From a virus, in IMG/VR virus record IMGVR_UViG_3300009068_000024, positions 1 to 64,000 of that record: a stretch of DNA of 64,000 nucleotides; one strand, 5' to 3'. The translations under genes and the position numbers were made by a program. Below the pieces are notes generated by a model, which saw nothing but the letters and a program-made list of their open reading frames with translations, ran no database searches and was not told the DNA's origin. Below, piece after piece: positions 28,642 through 38,861 of this stretch. The stretch's first letter is position 1. Each line of letters opens with the position of its first letter.

Positions 28642-30067
28642 ATGTTTAATCCCGACCTAATAAGAGAGTTCTCAATGGGGTTCAGATTTGATTTAACCAA
28701 GGACTCCGATTGCTTGCATCAATACAGAAGATACCTACACAAATCAAGCCTTGAGTGTACCGAGAGGTGCGACGCCGACAATGAGGGTTTTTGTCTAGAA
28801 AAAATTTGCACCGTTTGCTTAGATAAGGTAATGTAAAGCTATGACCGATTTTATAAACGACCCTGAACGCAACTCCGACCTAGCCGACTGGCTAGACTAC
28901 GGAAAGAAACAAGGCTGGATAGTTCCACAAGTTGTGTGCAACACACACGACGGAGTGCCTATGACTGCGACCGAACAGAACGAGTTTGACGAGGGTGGAG
29001 ACCCTTGTATTCACGTTATCCGTATCTTTGAAAGTGAAGAAGAACAAAAGCAGTGTCTCGAACACTGGGAGTAGCCAAATCACCATTTAAAAACGTCCCG
29101 TAAAATGTAATTAACCCTACAACGGAGACGATAATGCAACACATAGAGCTACACGTTATTAACAACGAGGCTGACGCTAGCCAAGCCGAAGAGCTTGGGC
29201 TAACTACGTTTGGCGTCTTTGAAGTATGCGAAAACTGCGACGAGCCGATTGGTTATACACCTAATGGTTTCTACCCTTGCGTCATTGTTTTAATGATCGA
29301 CCACAACGACGAGGACATTGAGTTCCTGCTATGTGACGGTTGCGTTTCACCTATTCTTTCGCCCGGATTTGTGGCTTGATTTTCTTTTATAAAACCTGTA
29401 TCATTTAGATATGGAACCTCAAAAACAATTCATCACACCTGCTCAATTGAACTGGCGATTACTACACCGAACCTACGGATTTGTAGATGGCGAGTGGTAT
29501 TACATACACAAAAATAAACCTACATTTAGTATCGTAATAGAGTTTATTGACAGTAATCCCGACATAGACAAAAGATACCAAGAGTGGTTGGACACTCTTT
29601 TTAACCCTTTAGACGAGAATTTTTAATATGGACATACACAAAAGAAAAGAAACCGAGATCTCGCTGAAATACAAAATTCGCACAAGAAGTTATGGATTTA
29701 TAGATGGTCAGTGGTGGTTTATTATGAACAACCGAAAACTTTTTGAAGTGGAAATAGAACTTTACATTTCAGCTGACGACGACAAGCTGTATGAAGCTGG
29801 GTTGAAATACGGTAATCCGTTAGCCGAGTGGTGGTAATTGCTATGATACGAGCTTATTTAGAGGTAGATCCGGATTTATTGAACGCATATATCTATTCTG
29901 GACAACTGAAATACATAAACGGTGAGTGGCGTTGGGATAAAAATGGATTTGCCAACGACATAGTTTTTACTGAACCGACATCTAGGGGTTATTCGTTAGG
30001 AGTTTCACTCAAACAATACTTACAAAGTCAAGGTGATCTAATTCACGAATTGACTTACCAAGACTAA
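28642..30067 (+). CDS. Six small hypothetical early genes (28642, 28841, 29134, 29411, 29628, ~29843)
   Basis: Consecutive ORFs after a TTGACT promoter; the last three share (R)xYG(F)(V/I)DG(E/Q)W. Confidence 0.6.
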
Positions 30068-30107
30068 AAGTTATACAATAAAACTACAAAGACGGAAGGA
30101 CACTAAA

Positions 30108-30641
30108 ATTCACACTTCACAAATAATGCTAGTTGTAGCAAACACTCACGAACAGGCGAGAGGAATAGTAGCCGACAAGTTTAGCGATAGCGAACCACGC
30201 TGGTCTGACTGGTGCGAGGTTTCATCTAATACAGGTATCAGTTTCGCTGGGCGTTGGGAAAGTGAAAACATCTTAGGCACACAAGCCGAGCTGGATACAC
30301 TATGCTACGCAGATGATCCTGAAACTGCTGAACAGGCGATTACTGCTTATCTAAAACACCGATATATGGACATAGACCAATACAGAAAAAAGCTCTATGA
30401 CGAGGGTAAGCAAGATATCTTATTTAGCCACAACTACGACCACGAGGCAGAATGGTCTAGGACAGACGATATGCCACTTTATTACGCCAAGAAACTAGCT
30501 GAACTTTTATCTAACGAATGGACATCTGATAGTGCTATATATGATCTGGAAACTTGGGATACCAACTTAGCTGACTTCCGTAAGCGTGTAGATAACAGCC
30601 CTCAACATCAGTTCTTAGTTTTAGTGGATTTCCACTTCTAA
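30108..30641 (+). CDS. Hypothetical phage protein (possible ATT start; first ATG at 30126)
   Basis: GAAGGA RBS 7 nt before in-frame ATT-CAC; WSDW...AGRW and LVDFHF end are common in phage early proteins. Confidence 0.7.
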   Translation: MHTSQIMLVVANTHEQARGIVADKFSDSEPRWSDWCEVSSNTGISFAGRWESENILGTQAELDTLCYADDPETAEQAITAYLKHRYMDIDQYRKKLYDEGKQDILFSHNYDHEAEWSRTDDMPLYYAKKLAELLSNEWTSDSAIYDLETWDTNLADFRKRVDNSPQHQFLVLVDFHF

Positions 30642-30742
30642 AAACTTTTCCAAAAAACTTTTATAGAAACTTGACAAACTTCTAACAAAAGACTTAGACT
30701 TTCTAAGTAAGCCGAAATCAACCCTGAAAGGACACAAACAAA

Positions 30743-31264
30743 ATGGCTGAAACAAACAACGCAAACATCTTGGTAGGTTATGCCCTATACACAGAGTTTC
30801 GCAAAGACGGACACACTTTACAGGTAATCTTTACACCTGAAAGTATGTCTGAAACTGCTGACGGAACAAGTGTGTATGTTCCTGCTTCTGTATGGCGTAG
30901 GCAAGTATCAAGCTACAACCCTCGCCGACCTTGGCGTTCATACTCGCAAGAGTGGAACACCATAAACAACAGGAAAGAGTATCGCCTTGCTAATGGTGGT
31001 TCTGCCGAAACACTAGACGAGGACTTGGCTAAAAAGTATTCTGTTGCTGGTCTTGTATTTATGGACAGAACTTTTGAGAGCCTAGTTGCTCAAAGTTGGG
31101 AACTTCACAAAGAACCTATTGTTGTTGAGTTCTCAAAAGAGGATCTAGTGGACACTCAAAGTTGGAACACCCCTAATGCTCTTATCCGTAGAATTATGCG
31201 TTCTCGTAAAGCTCTTGGATTTTCTGACGAACTATTTGCTATTCCTACTACTACTGCTGTATAG
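30743..31264 (+). CDS. Hypothetical protein
   Basis: TTGACA promoter, GAAAGGA RBS. Confidence 0.75.
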   Translation: MAETNNANILVGYALYTEFRKDGHTLQVIFTPESMSETADGTSVYVPASVWRRQVSSYNPRRPWRSYSQEWNTINNRKEYRLANGGSAETLDEDLAKKYSVAGLVFMDRTFESLVAQSWELHKEPIVVEFSKEDLVDTQSWNTPNALIRRIMRSRKALGFSDELFAIPTTTAV

Positions 31265-31297
31265 TCAAACTATCAACCCCGAAAGGACACAAAACAA

Positions 31298-32335
31298 ATG
31301 ACTATAACCATTACTGCTACCCTCAACGAAAATGAGAAAGTAGCACTAGATAGGCTAAACAACCTAGAAAAGTTATCTGGGAAGTTGCCTGAACTGCTAA
31401 TCGCAGTTGGCTCGCAAGCTGTAAATGCTGACCAAGCCGAGATCATCAAAAACAACCTATCCAAATCTGGTGGGCTTACTATGCGTGGGTCTGCCGAAAC
31501 AACCAAAAAGAAAGTAAAGGAAAAAGTGGCTGAAACACTAAACGCTGACGAGGCTCTAATGCGACCTAATGGCGAAATGTATTACACTCGCAGTTGGGGC
31601 GAACACAAAGATAGTGCTGTCCTAAAACAACTCCGTTCTATCAACCAATTCGCACTATTCTATGGAAGTCCCGGAACAGGTAAAACTGCTCTTGTTGAGG
31701 CTACTTTCGGTGAGGAAGTCCATACAATTCTCGGTTCTGGCGATACCGAAGTTGCTGACCTAGTCGGTGGCTATGTCCAAACTCCTAGTGGCAATTTTGA
31801 GTGGATAGACGGGGCATTGGTAAAAGCAGCCGAAAGAGGCGAGGTCTTGTTCATTGACGAGATCGGTCTTATTGACCCGAAAGTTCTATCGGTTGTCTAT
31901 GGTCTAATGGACGGCAGACGAGAACTGCCAATTACTCAAAATCCCGAAAGAGGCACTATCAAAGCCAAAGACGGATTTTATGTTGTCGGTGCTACTAACC
32001 CTAACGCTGTCGGTGTTGTTCTATCAGAGGCGTTGCTCTCACGATTTACAGCACAGGTAGAAATCACTACCGATTGGGTGCTTGCTAAGAAGTTGGGCGT
32101 TCCTGCCATTATCACAACTGCTAGTCAGAACTTAGCTAAGAAGTTTAGTTCTGGCGAAGTTTCTTGGTGTCCTCAAATGCGAGAGCTACTTGCTTTTAGA
32201 GATCTGGAAAAAGTGTTCGGAACTAAGTGGGCTGTTAGCAACCTAATCTCGTCAGCACCCGAACTAGATAGACCTATCGTTGCCGAAGTTCTATCTAGGG
32301 TTTATGGCGAGGAAGTAAAAACTGCCAAAATCTAG
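31298..32335 (+). CDS. MoxR/CbbQ/CobS-type AAA+ ATPase
   Basis: Walker A GSPGTGKT, Walker B LFIDEI, ATNP, EALLSRF. Confidence 0.92.
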   Translation: MTITITATLNENEKVALDRLNNLEKLSGKLPELLIAVGSQAVNADQAEIIKNNLSKSGGLTMRGSAETTKKKVKEKVAETLNADEALMRPNGEMYYTRSWGEHKDSAVLKQLRSINQFALFYGSPGTGKTALVEATFGEEVHTILGSGDTEVADLVGGYVQTPSGNFEWIDGALVKAAERGEVLFIDEIGLIDPKVLSVVYGLMDGRRELPITQNPERGTIKAKDGFYVVGATNPNAVGVVLSEALLSRFTAQVEITTDWVLAKKLGVPAIITTASQNLAKKFSSGEVSWCPQMRELLAFRDLEKVFGTKWAVSNLISSAPELDRPIVAEVLSRVYGEEVKTAKI

Positions 32336-32466
32336 GTCGTGTCCTACCTAGCGTTTTGGTCGGGGGTAGGTAGTTATGGTTGGCTACCTACCCTCAATTT
32401 CCAACTTGACAAAATCTAAATCAACCCTCTAAAATCTAAATACGACAACTGAAAGGAAAAAATCTT

Positions 32467-34305
32467 ATGTCGCATTTCGGAACTAACTCAAATGGCGTAA
32501 AGAATACACCGAAAGAGTGGCTACCTATTGGTAAGACCATTGGTGAGCTTGCTAACAAGTGGTCAGGTAGAACTGACTTGATCGCTTATGTTGGAACAAA
32601 ACTAGACGCACCCGTTCCTGCTCTATACAACCCTATTTCGTCAGAGATAGAAGTAAATACGGAAATTGCTTTTGGCACTATTCCACCTAGTTTTATTACT
32701 GACTTGTCCGATAGAGATAACCAATACGAGTTTCCAAAGGCAGTAGGGGCTATCTACCACGAGGCTTGCCACGCTAAGTTCTCTCGTTGGTCATTGGAAC
32801 AAAGTTCTAAGGACTTGACTAGAAAACAAAATCAAGCTCTCCACTTGTTAGAGGAAAGTCGCATTGAGAAGTTTGGTGCTATGGCTATTCCAACTAATCG
32901 TTATTTCCTAACCTCTTGTGCCTTAGAGATCGTATTAGCCGAGTGTGATGTTGATACGCTTTCTAAGATGTCTGAAACTAGGGCATTAGCACAACTATCA
33001 GGGTTAGTGTTGGCAAGAGTAGATGCTGGTATTCTTTACAGAAGTGATGTTGAGGGTATTGCTGAAATGCTAGAAACAAAGTTGGGTCTTGACTTTATTG
33101 AGAAGTTGAGAGAACTATGGCTAAAAGCACAAGCTCATACTGACCACCACAACGCTACTGAACTTTACCCTCTCGCTATTGAGTGGGACAGACTTGTATC
33201 TGAACGAGCCAAAGAAAAGGGCGAGGACGATACAGGTTGTTCTTGGGGCGAGGGCGAGGGCGAAAGTTCTGGCGAGGGCGAGGGCGAGGGCGAGGGCAAG
33301 AGCAAGGGTCGCAGTAAGACCATTGAGGAAATGCTAAAAGAAGTTCAGAACGCCAAAGAGAACGCTGAAACTACTGCTAATGACGAACTATCAGAACAGC
33401 AGACAGGCGAGAAGTCCAAAGAAAAGGCAAAAGCACGATCTAGTGAAAATGCCGAAAAGCAGAAACACCAACAGGTAGGTCAGCGTGTATTTGGTGAGCC
33501 TGAAACTACAAGAGCAAGTGGTTCAGGTTCTAGTCTTGTAGAAACTCGTAAGCCTACTTCTGCCGAAAGAGCTAGTGCTGTTCTAATCTCTAAGTTGCTT
33601 ATGAAAGCAAAATACAGGAACAGAACTGAAACTAAGATCAACTCGGTTCTGCCACAGGGTAGGTTGCGTTCTAGGGCTATGGTTCAGCGTGAGGCTCTTA
33701 GGTCTAAGGGCGTTATGTCGCAGGTAGAAACTTGGCGACACAAAACTCGTAAGCACACCGAAACACCTAACTTGTCTATCGGGATTATGGTAGATGTTTC
33801 AGGTTCTATGGGTTCTGCTATGAAACCTATGGGTTCTACTGCTTGGATTTTGAGTGAGGCAGGTAGGCGTGTTCAGGCTAAAACTGCTATGGTCTATTTT
33901 GGTTCAGGCGTGTTTCCAACCTTGCGTGTTGGACAACACTTAGAGGAAGTTAGTATCTACACAGCACCAGACGGAACTGAAAAGTTTGACTTGGGCTTTC
34001 AGGCACTAGACGGACAACTAAACCTACTTGGTGGCAATAGTGCTAGGTTGCTAGTTGTTGTTTCTGACGCTTGCTACACCAACGAGGAAATCCGAGCTTG
34101 TAAGTCTTGGCTACAACGCTGTAAGCAAGTTGGCGTTGGTGTTGTTTGGATTACTTACGATCAGGGCGTTTATGCTAGTGCTGTTATTGAGGGTTCAGGG
34201 GCAGAACTCGTAAAGGTCAAAGGTGCGATTACCGAAGTTGCTGAAATCGTTGGCAAGGCAGGGGCAGAGGCTCTTACCAAAGCAGGTATGCGAGTAGGGC
34301 GATAG
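32467..34305 (+). CDS. CobT-like protein: N-terminal HEXXH domain + C-terminal vWA domain
   Basis: YHEACH, LEESRIE, EG-rich linker, MIDAS DVSGSM, VVSD. Confidence 0.88.
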   Translation: MSHFGTNSNGVKNTPKEWLPIGKTIGELANKWSGRTDLIAYVGTKLDAPVPALYNPISSEIEVNTEIAFGTIPPSFITDLSDRDNQYEFPKAVGAIYHEACHAKFSRWSLEQSSKDLTRKQNQALHLLEESRIEKFGAMAIPTNRYFLTSCALEIVLAECDVDTLSKMSETRALAQLSGLVLARVDAGILYRSDVEGIAEMLETKLGLDFIEKLRELWLKAQAHTDHHNATELYPLAIEWDRLVSERAKEKGEDDTGCSWGEGEGESSGEGEGEGEGKSKGRSKTIEEMLKEVQNAKENAETTANDELSEQQTGEKSKEKAKARSSENAEKQKHQQVGQRVFGEPETTRASGSGSSLVETRKPTSAERASAVLISKLLMKAKYRNRTETKINSVLPQGRLRSRAMVQREALRSKGVMSQVETWRHKTRKHTETPNLSIGIMVDVSGSMGSAMKPMGSTAWILSEAGRRVQAKTAMVYFGSGVFPTLRVGQHLEEVSIYTAPDGTEKFDLGFQALDGQLNLLGGNSARLLVVVSDACYTNEEIRACKSWLQRCKQVGVGVVWITYDQGVYASAVIEGSGAELVKVKGAITEVAEIVGKAGAEALTKAGMRVGR

Positions 34306-34454
34306 CACAAAAGTTCCGAGCAAGTCAAGTTTCTATTTCCTTTCTCTTGGCTTGCTCGGAAATCGTTATCAAAAAAGAATTGGAAAAATCCTTGACAAAT
34401 CTTTATTAGGAAAAGTAAAGTTGGATTACAACCCGAAATGGAAGGAACTACCAA

Positions 34455-34778
34455 ATGTGCGACAACCCGAACCACGACCACAGCTCTAACGAGAACTTGT
34501 TAGACCTAATCAAACAAGAGATCAACGAACCAGAGGACATAGCCTCGGTTGCTATCCAAATCTTTTGTGCTATGTCCTCGGCTCTAATCCAAATTGACCA
34601 GCCGAACCCTGCTATCTATTCTGCTTTTGAGCCTATGAAACTTCTAGCTGAAAAGTTAGGCGATCAGGAACTAAGCGACATAGTTATCACTTGCGAAATG
34701 GAACACCACGAGGCTATTTCTAAGCTGATTTCTAAAATGGGACACCCTGCCAACAAGAGAAAGAAGTGGGGTAAATAA
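34455..34778 (+). CDS. Hypothetical protein
   Basis: Promoter + GAAGGA RBS. Confidence 0.7.
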   Translation: MCDNPNHDHSSNENLLDLIKQEINEPEDIASVAIQIFCAMSSALIQIDQPNPAIYSAFEPMKLLAEKLGDQELSDIVITCEMEHHEAISKLISKMGHPANKRKKWGK

Positions 34779-35579
34779 ATGCCAAATTGGGTCTATAACA
34801 CGCTAACTATTTCAGGCAAGCCTGACGAGATAAAAGCCTTTACGGAAAAAGCTGATAAGGCAATACCGACAAGTAATAACAATGGCAAGACTATTGAGTT
34901 AGGGGAAACTGACGGACTTTCTTTCTGGAACTTCATAGCACCACCCGAGGAAAAATACGATCTCTATTTCGCCACTTCTGACGGAACAGCAGACCAAACT
35001 TGGGGCTGGTATGGCTGGAACAGCGAGAATTGGGGAACTAAGTGGGACGCTAACGATACGAGTATGTCCCCGTCCCCTGACGAGATAACCGAACATACCG
35101 GTAGTGTGATTTATTATTTCTCTACTGCTTGGAGTTATCCTGAACCTGTTTTTAGAGCTATGGCAGAACAGCACCCGAACTTACACTTTCACTTGCGTTC
35201 CGTTGAGGAACAAGGCTGGGGTGCTGAACTATCGGGAGCTGACGGAAAAATCTACACCGATAAGACCTGGGACATACCGAGTAGTCATCAGGAGTGGGTT
35301 GATACCGACCAAGAGGGAAGTTGCTCTTGCCAAAATGACGATGAGGAAAATTGGTATGATGACTGCCCGAGAGATGATCAAGAGTTTATTGTTGTTATTC
35401 AGAAGTCTTACCGAGTAAGAACCAACACAGCAGAAAACGCTTACGAGCTTGCTATGGAACAGGGGAACGACCCTGACGAGCAAATGGAAGTTCTTGACGA
35501 AACGATAGCTTGGGTTCTTGACGATCAGAGAGTTAGGCAGTATCCTCTTTTGAGCAATAAAGTTCCTGAATTGGAATAA
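34779..35579 (+). CDS. DUF1281/YubB ferredoxin-like (Api92-like) protein
   Basis: MPNWVYN.L.I.G, WY.W...NWGTKWD, F.TAWS.P motifs. Confidence 0.85.
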   Translation: MPNWVYNTLTISGKPDEIKAFTEKADKAIPTSNNNGKTIELGETDGLSFWNFIAPPEEKYDLYFATSDGTADQTWGWYGWNSENWGTKWDANDTSMSPSPDEITEHTGSVIYYFSTAWSYPEPVFRAMAEQHPNLHFHLRSVEEQGWGAELSGADGKIYTDKTWDIPSSHQEWVDTDQEGSCSCQNDDEENWYDDCPRDDQEFIVVIQKSYRVRTNTAENAYELAMEQGNDPDEQMEVLDETIAWVLDDQRVRQYPLLSNKVPELE

Positions 35580-35762
35580 ACAAACTTCGGTGAGTTTATG
35601 CTTTCTCTCACCGAGAACGGATAGTCATTTCCCCTCTGCTATCCGTTCAGGGACTAGGTAATTTTTTGGTGGTTCTCTTTCTTACCTAGTCCCTCACTAA
35701 ACTTGACAAAACTTGACACAGGGGTATAGGCTAAACAAACCGAAACCGAAAAGGAAAATGAA

Positions 35763-36047
35763 ATGCTATTTAGACAAGCTCTCGGACACATAATCGCTGA
35801 CCACCGATACGACAACAAGCTCACACTACGCCAAGTAGTAAATAGAGGATCAGGGCGTATCTCACTTACTTACCTATGGGAGATAGAGAAAGCTCGCAAA
35901 GAAGTCAGTAGTGAAATGCTTATAGAAGTTGCTCAATGTTTAGCTATCGAGCCTAGTGATCTAGTAATCAAAATCGGTATGGTTATGTGTGGTGGAGTTC
36001 CAAACTACTTGCCGAAAGAACTTGACGAACAGCTTGTAAATCTATAA
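35763..36047 (+). CDS. XRE HTH regulator, ClgR-like
   Basis: LFRQALG.I....R....LTLRQV....ISL.YL.EIE..RKE.SSE.L..VA..L matches the actinobacterial ClgR pattern. Confidence 0.75.
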   Translation: MLFRQALGHIIADHRYDNKLTLRQVVNRGSGRISLTYLWEIEKARKEVSSEMLIEVAQCLAIEPSDLVIKIGMVMCGGVPNYLPKELDEQLVNL

Positions 36048-36078
36048 ACTGAACTTATCCAACTGAAAGGAAATCAAA

Positions 36079-36498
36079 ATGGATAACAGAACTGAACCAC
36101 AGGCAACAGAAATGAAAATGTCTAACACTTGCTCTTGCGAGGTCGAGGACGAAACAACAGGCGAAATGACTTGGAGTGAGGAGTGTTTCGGTTGTTTTGA
36201 TGATGATAAGCAATACTTCACAGACGAGTTCCTAATGCCATACCTGACCAGTAAAGGTTGGGACGAGGACACGATCATCAGAGTTGTTGGCGAGAAAATG
36301 AATTGGGACAACACGAGTGGTTGGACAGAAGTTCCTGCTAAGGACTTACTAAAAGCTCTTGCCATAAATGGCGAATACACACTAAGCGTTGAGATTACGC
36401 CTGAAAAGGAAATGGTAATTACCCGATCAAGCCACGATGAATACGGAGCTAGTTTTAGATTTGAGTTATCACCTGAACAGGACTATAATCCTGAATAG
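36079..36498 (+). CDS. Hypothetical protein
   Basis: GAAAGGA RBS; SSHDEYG motif. Confidence 0.7.
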   Translation: MDNRTEPQATEMKMSNTCSCEVEDETTGEMTWSEECFGCFDDDKQYFTDEFLMPYLTSKGWDEDTIIRVVGEKMNWDNTSGWTEVPAKDLLKALAINGEYTLSVEITPEKEMVITRSSHDEYGASFRFELSPEQDYNPE

Positions 36499-36511
36499 GA
36501 TAACTAAATAA

Positions 36512-36826
36512 ACTTTCATTAGGCATACCGAAACCTAAACCTAGAAGTCTTAGTTTTAGGTGGAGAACCAGAGGTGTTCGTAGAACCGATGTTGGTGGTA
36601 TGGGGATTACTACCCTGAAAACCTAGTGAAATCCGACCAATGTATGTCGCTAAACTACGCTTGTTCCTTAGCAAGAGAAAAAACTAAGGGTCTTGACTTC
36701 CAGACCTAAACTATAAGCCCTATTGGAGTTGATGGTAAGAACTATCCGGTTTTCTTTTTTTGTATTTTATTCTCTCTCCCTAAAAGAAAAAAATGCTAAA
36801 CCTGAGTAAGTTGATAAACTGCTCAC
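36512..36826 (+). ncRNA. Putative structured intergenic RNA ending in a pseudoknot
   Basis: TTTCATTAGG/CCTAGTGAAA enclosing three hairpins, four further hairpins, no ORF. Confidence 0.5.
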
Positions 36827-36850
36827 CTAACTTCTTAGAAAAGGAAATCT

Positions 36851-37150
36851 ATGAAATACGATCTATACGCAAATGAGGACAACAACTTTATCCCTGATGT
36901 AGTCATTACAAAAGTTGAGGGAGCTTGGCTAGAAAATGCTGGCAGACAGATTTGGTTTGAGTGGCGAGAAACTGAACAATGGTGTCAAATGGAAATTGAC
37001 GAGGGCTTTTGGCTAATCACCAACATAAAATACACACCGGATTTTGAGGAATGGCTTGACGAAAACCTAGACCAATACGACAGCTTAGAGTTTATGTTTG
37101 ACCTAAATGACCTAGTGCCGAACCACTACAAGATAGAGCTTGATAAGTGA
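36851..37150 (+). CDS. Hypothetical protein
   Basis: AAGGA RBS. Confidence 0.7.
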   Translation: MKYDLYANEDNNFIPDVVITKVEGAWLENAGRQIWFEWRETEQWCQMEIDEGFWLITNIKYTPDFEEWLDENLDQYDSLEFMFDLNDLVPNHYKIELDK

Positions 37151-37347
37151 TCAATTGCGAAACCTGTAAGGGCAGACCCCTAGTTTGTAAAATGTATGCT
37201 CACGCTAATCGGTGGTATTACTTCTGGTGGTGGCGTGGAGTTGATAGCTTGTTTTGGAAAATCCATCAAAAACTTTGTAAAGAAATTTGATTTATTCTTG
37301 GTTATCTGCTAATTTGGAAACATAACCCGAATGAAAGGAAAACAAAA

Positions 37348-37863
37348 ATGGGTATGGATGTTTATGGAAAAAATCCAAAAAGCGAAAAGGGAACTTACTT
37401 CCGTAGAAATGTATGGGGTTGGAGACCACTATGGGACTATTGCGTAGATAGATACGAGGACTTAGTTGGTGATGTTTCAGGACACTACAACGATGGTGAT
37501 GGCTTAGACGATACAGGTTCATTAGAACTAGCTAAAAGAATAAAAGCCGATCTAGCAGACGGAACAGCAAAAACTTACATAACAGCAAGGAACATTCACC
37601 TTTCTATCTTGCCGAGAGAAACTTGCGAACTCTGTAAAGAAACAGGTATTAGAACCGATAAGGTTGGCGTGGAAAATGGTATGCCTGAACAAAAGCTAGA
37701 ACCCGAAATGGCTATTTTGCTAGGTAGAGAACAGGGTTGGTGTAATGGCTGTAATGGCGAGGGCAAGAAAGATAGTTGGGAAACTAACTACGATTTGGAG
37801 CTTGATGACATAAAAGAGTTTGCCGAGTTTCTAGCCGATAGTGGTGGATTTGAAATTTGCTAG
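37348..37863 (+). CDS. Hypothetical phage protein with CxxC pair
   Basis: MGMDVYG...YFRRNVWGWRPLW...FAEFL..SGGFEIC. Confidence 0.75.
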   Translation: MGMDVYGKNPKSEKGTYFRRNVWGWRPLWDYCVDRYEDLVGDVSGHYNDGDGLDDTGSLELAKRIKADLADGTAKTYITARNIHLSILPRETCELCKETGIRTDKVGVENGMPEQKLEPEMAILLGREQGWCNGCNGEGKKDSWETNYDLELDDIKEFAEFLADSGGFEIC

Positions 37864-37955
37864 TGAAACCACTACACTAAGACCATAGGCTTACGCCTGA
37901 ACACCTAAGCAAGTGTCTAAACTGCTTACCAAAACAACAACCAATTAGGAGCAAA

Positions 37956-38363
37956 ATGGAACAAAAAATAAGTGTTGCTGGATTAGTAGCAACAACACCA
38001 AGACACCTAGTAACAGCAGACGGACTAGACATTGTTAGTTTCCGTCTAGCGTCTAGCAGTAGAACTTATGACCGAGCAAAAGGTAGATGGGTTGATGGAA
38101 ATACAAATTGGTTCACTATCACAGGGTTCAAAAGTTTAGCAACTACCACAAGTGCGAGTGTTGGCAAAGGCGATAGAGTTATCGTCATTGGAAGTGTCAG
38201 AGTTAGAGATTGGGATAATGGCGATAGAGCAGGAACTAGCGTTGAAATTGAAGCTGACGCCATTGGACACGATCTAAATTGGGGAACGAGTAAGTTTGAG
38301 AGAACTATTCCTAGCAGACTAGACCCTGAACCAGACCGAGAAGATTTGACCCTAGAAGTTTAG
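37956..38363 (+). CDS. ssb: Single-stranded DNA-binding protein (actinobacterial SsbB-like)
   Basis: FRLAS..R..D...W.DG.TNWFT...F..LA...S..KGDRVIV.G..R...W...EIEADAIGHDL.WG. Confidence 0.92.
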   Translation: MEQKISVAGLVATTPRHLVTADGLDIVSFRLASSSRTYDRAKGRWVDGNTNWFTITGFKSLATTTSASVGKGDRVIVIGSVRVRDWDNGDRAGTSVEIEADAIGHDLNWGTSKFERTIPSRLDPEPDREDLTLEV

Positions 38364-38477
38364 GGACAGAAAAGAATTCGCCAAACTAAAAACTTGGCGA
38401 ATTTTTTTTGCCGACACGCTTGACTTACCGATACCGATAAGGAACAATAGAACTATCCCGAAACTAAGGAGAAAAAA

Positions 38478-38861
38478 ATGGGAGAACAAAAGCAAGCCCT
38501 AGTTATCAAGACAGCAGGGGACATTGAGGTTGTGAGCTTTACTGCCGAAACCGAATACGAAGTTATCAAGGAAGTCGTTGGCGGTTATTTAGAGATCGTT
38601 AGATTATCGCCAACTATGACTATGTGGATAAACGAGGAAGGCAAATTAGACAAACTGCCTTACAACCACAGAGCAACTGCTATTTGGAACTTTTATTTTG
38701 GAGCTACGGACATAATCGCTGGTAATGTAATCATCACCGGTGGAACTGATACTAACGGAAACTGCTTAGGACTAAGCTTGGCAGACGGAAACAAAATTCA
38801 GGTTTTAGTATCGGCTACTAGACTAGAAAAAGCCGAGATGAAAAAAGGGGAAACCAAGTGA
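38478..38861 (+). CDS. DUF3846-like protein
   Basis: VGGYLE.V...M.INEEGKL..LPYN.RAT...D.I.G.V..TG. Confidence 0.75.
   Translation: MGEQKQALVIKTAGDIEVVSFTAETEYEVIKEVVGGYLEIVRLSPTMTMWINEEGKLDKLPYNHRATAIWNFYFGATDIIAGNVIITGGTDTNGNCLGLSLADGNKIQVLVSATRLEKAEMKKGETK

Noticed and set aside
33247-33300. (GGCGAG)n repeat
   Set aside because: Encodes the ordinary GE-rich linker of the CobT-like protein
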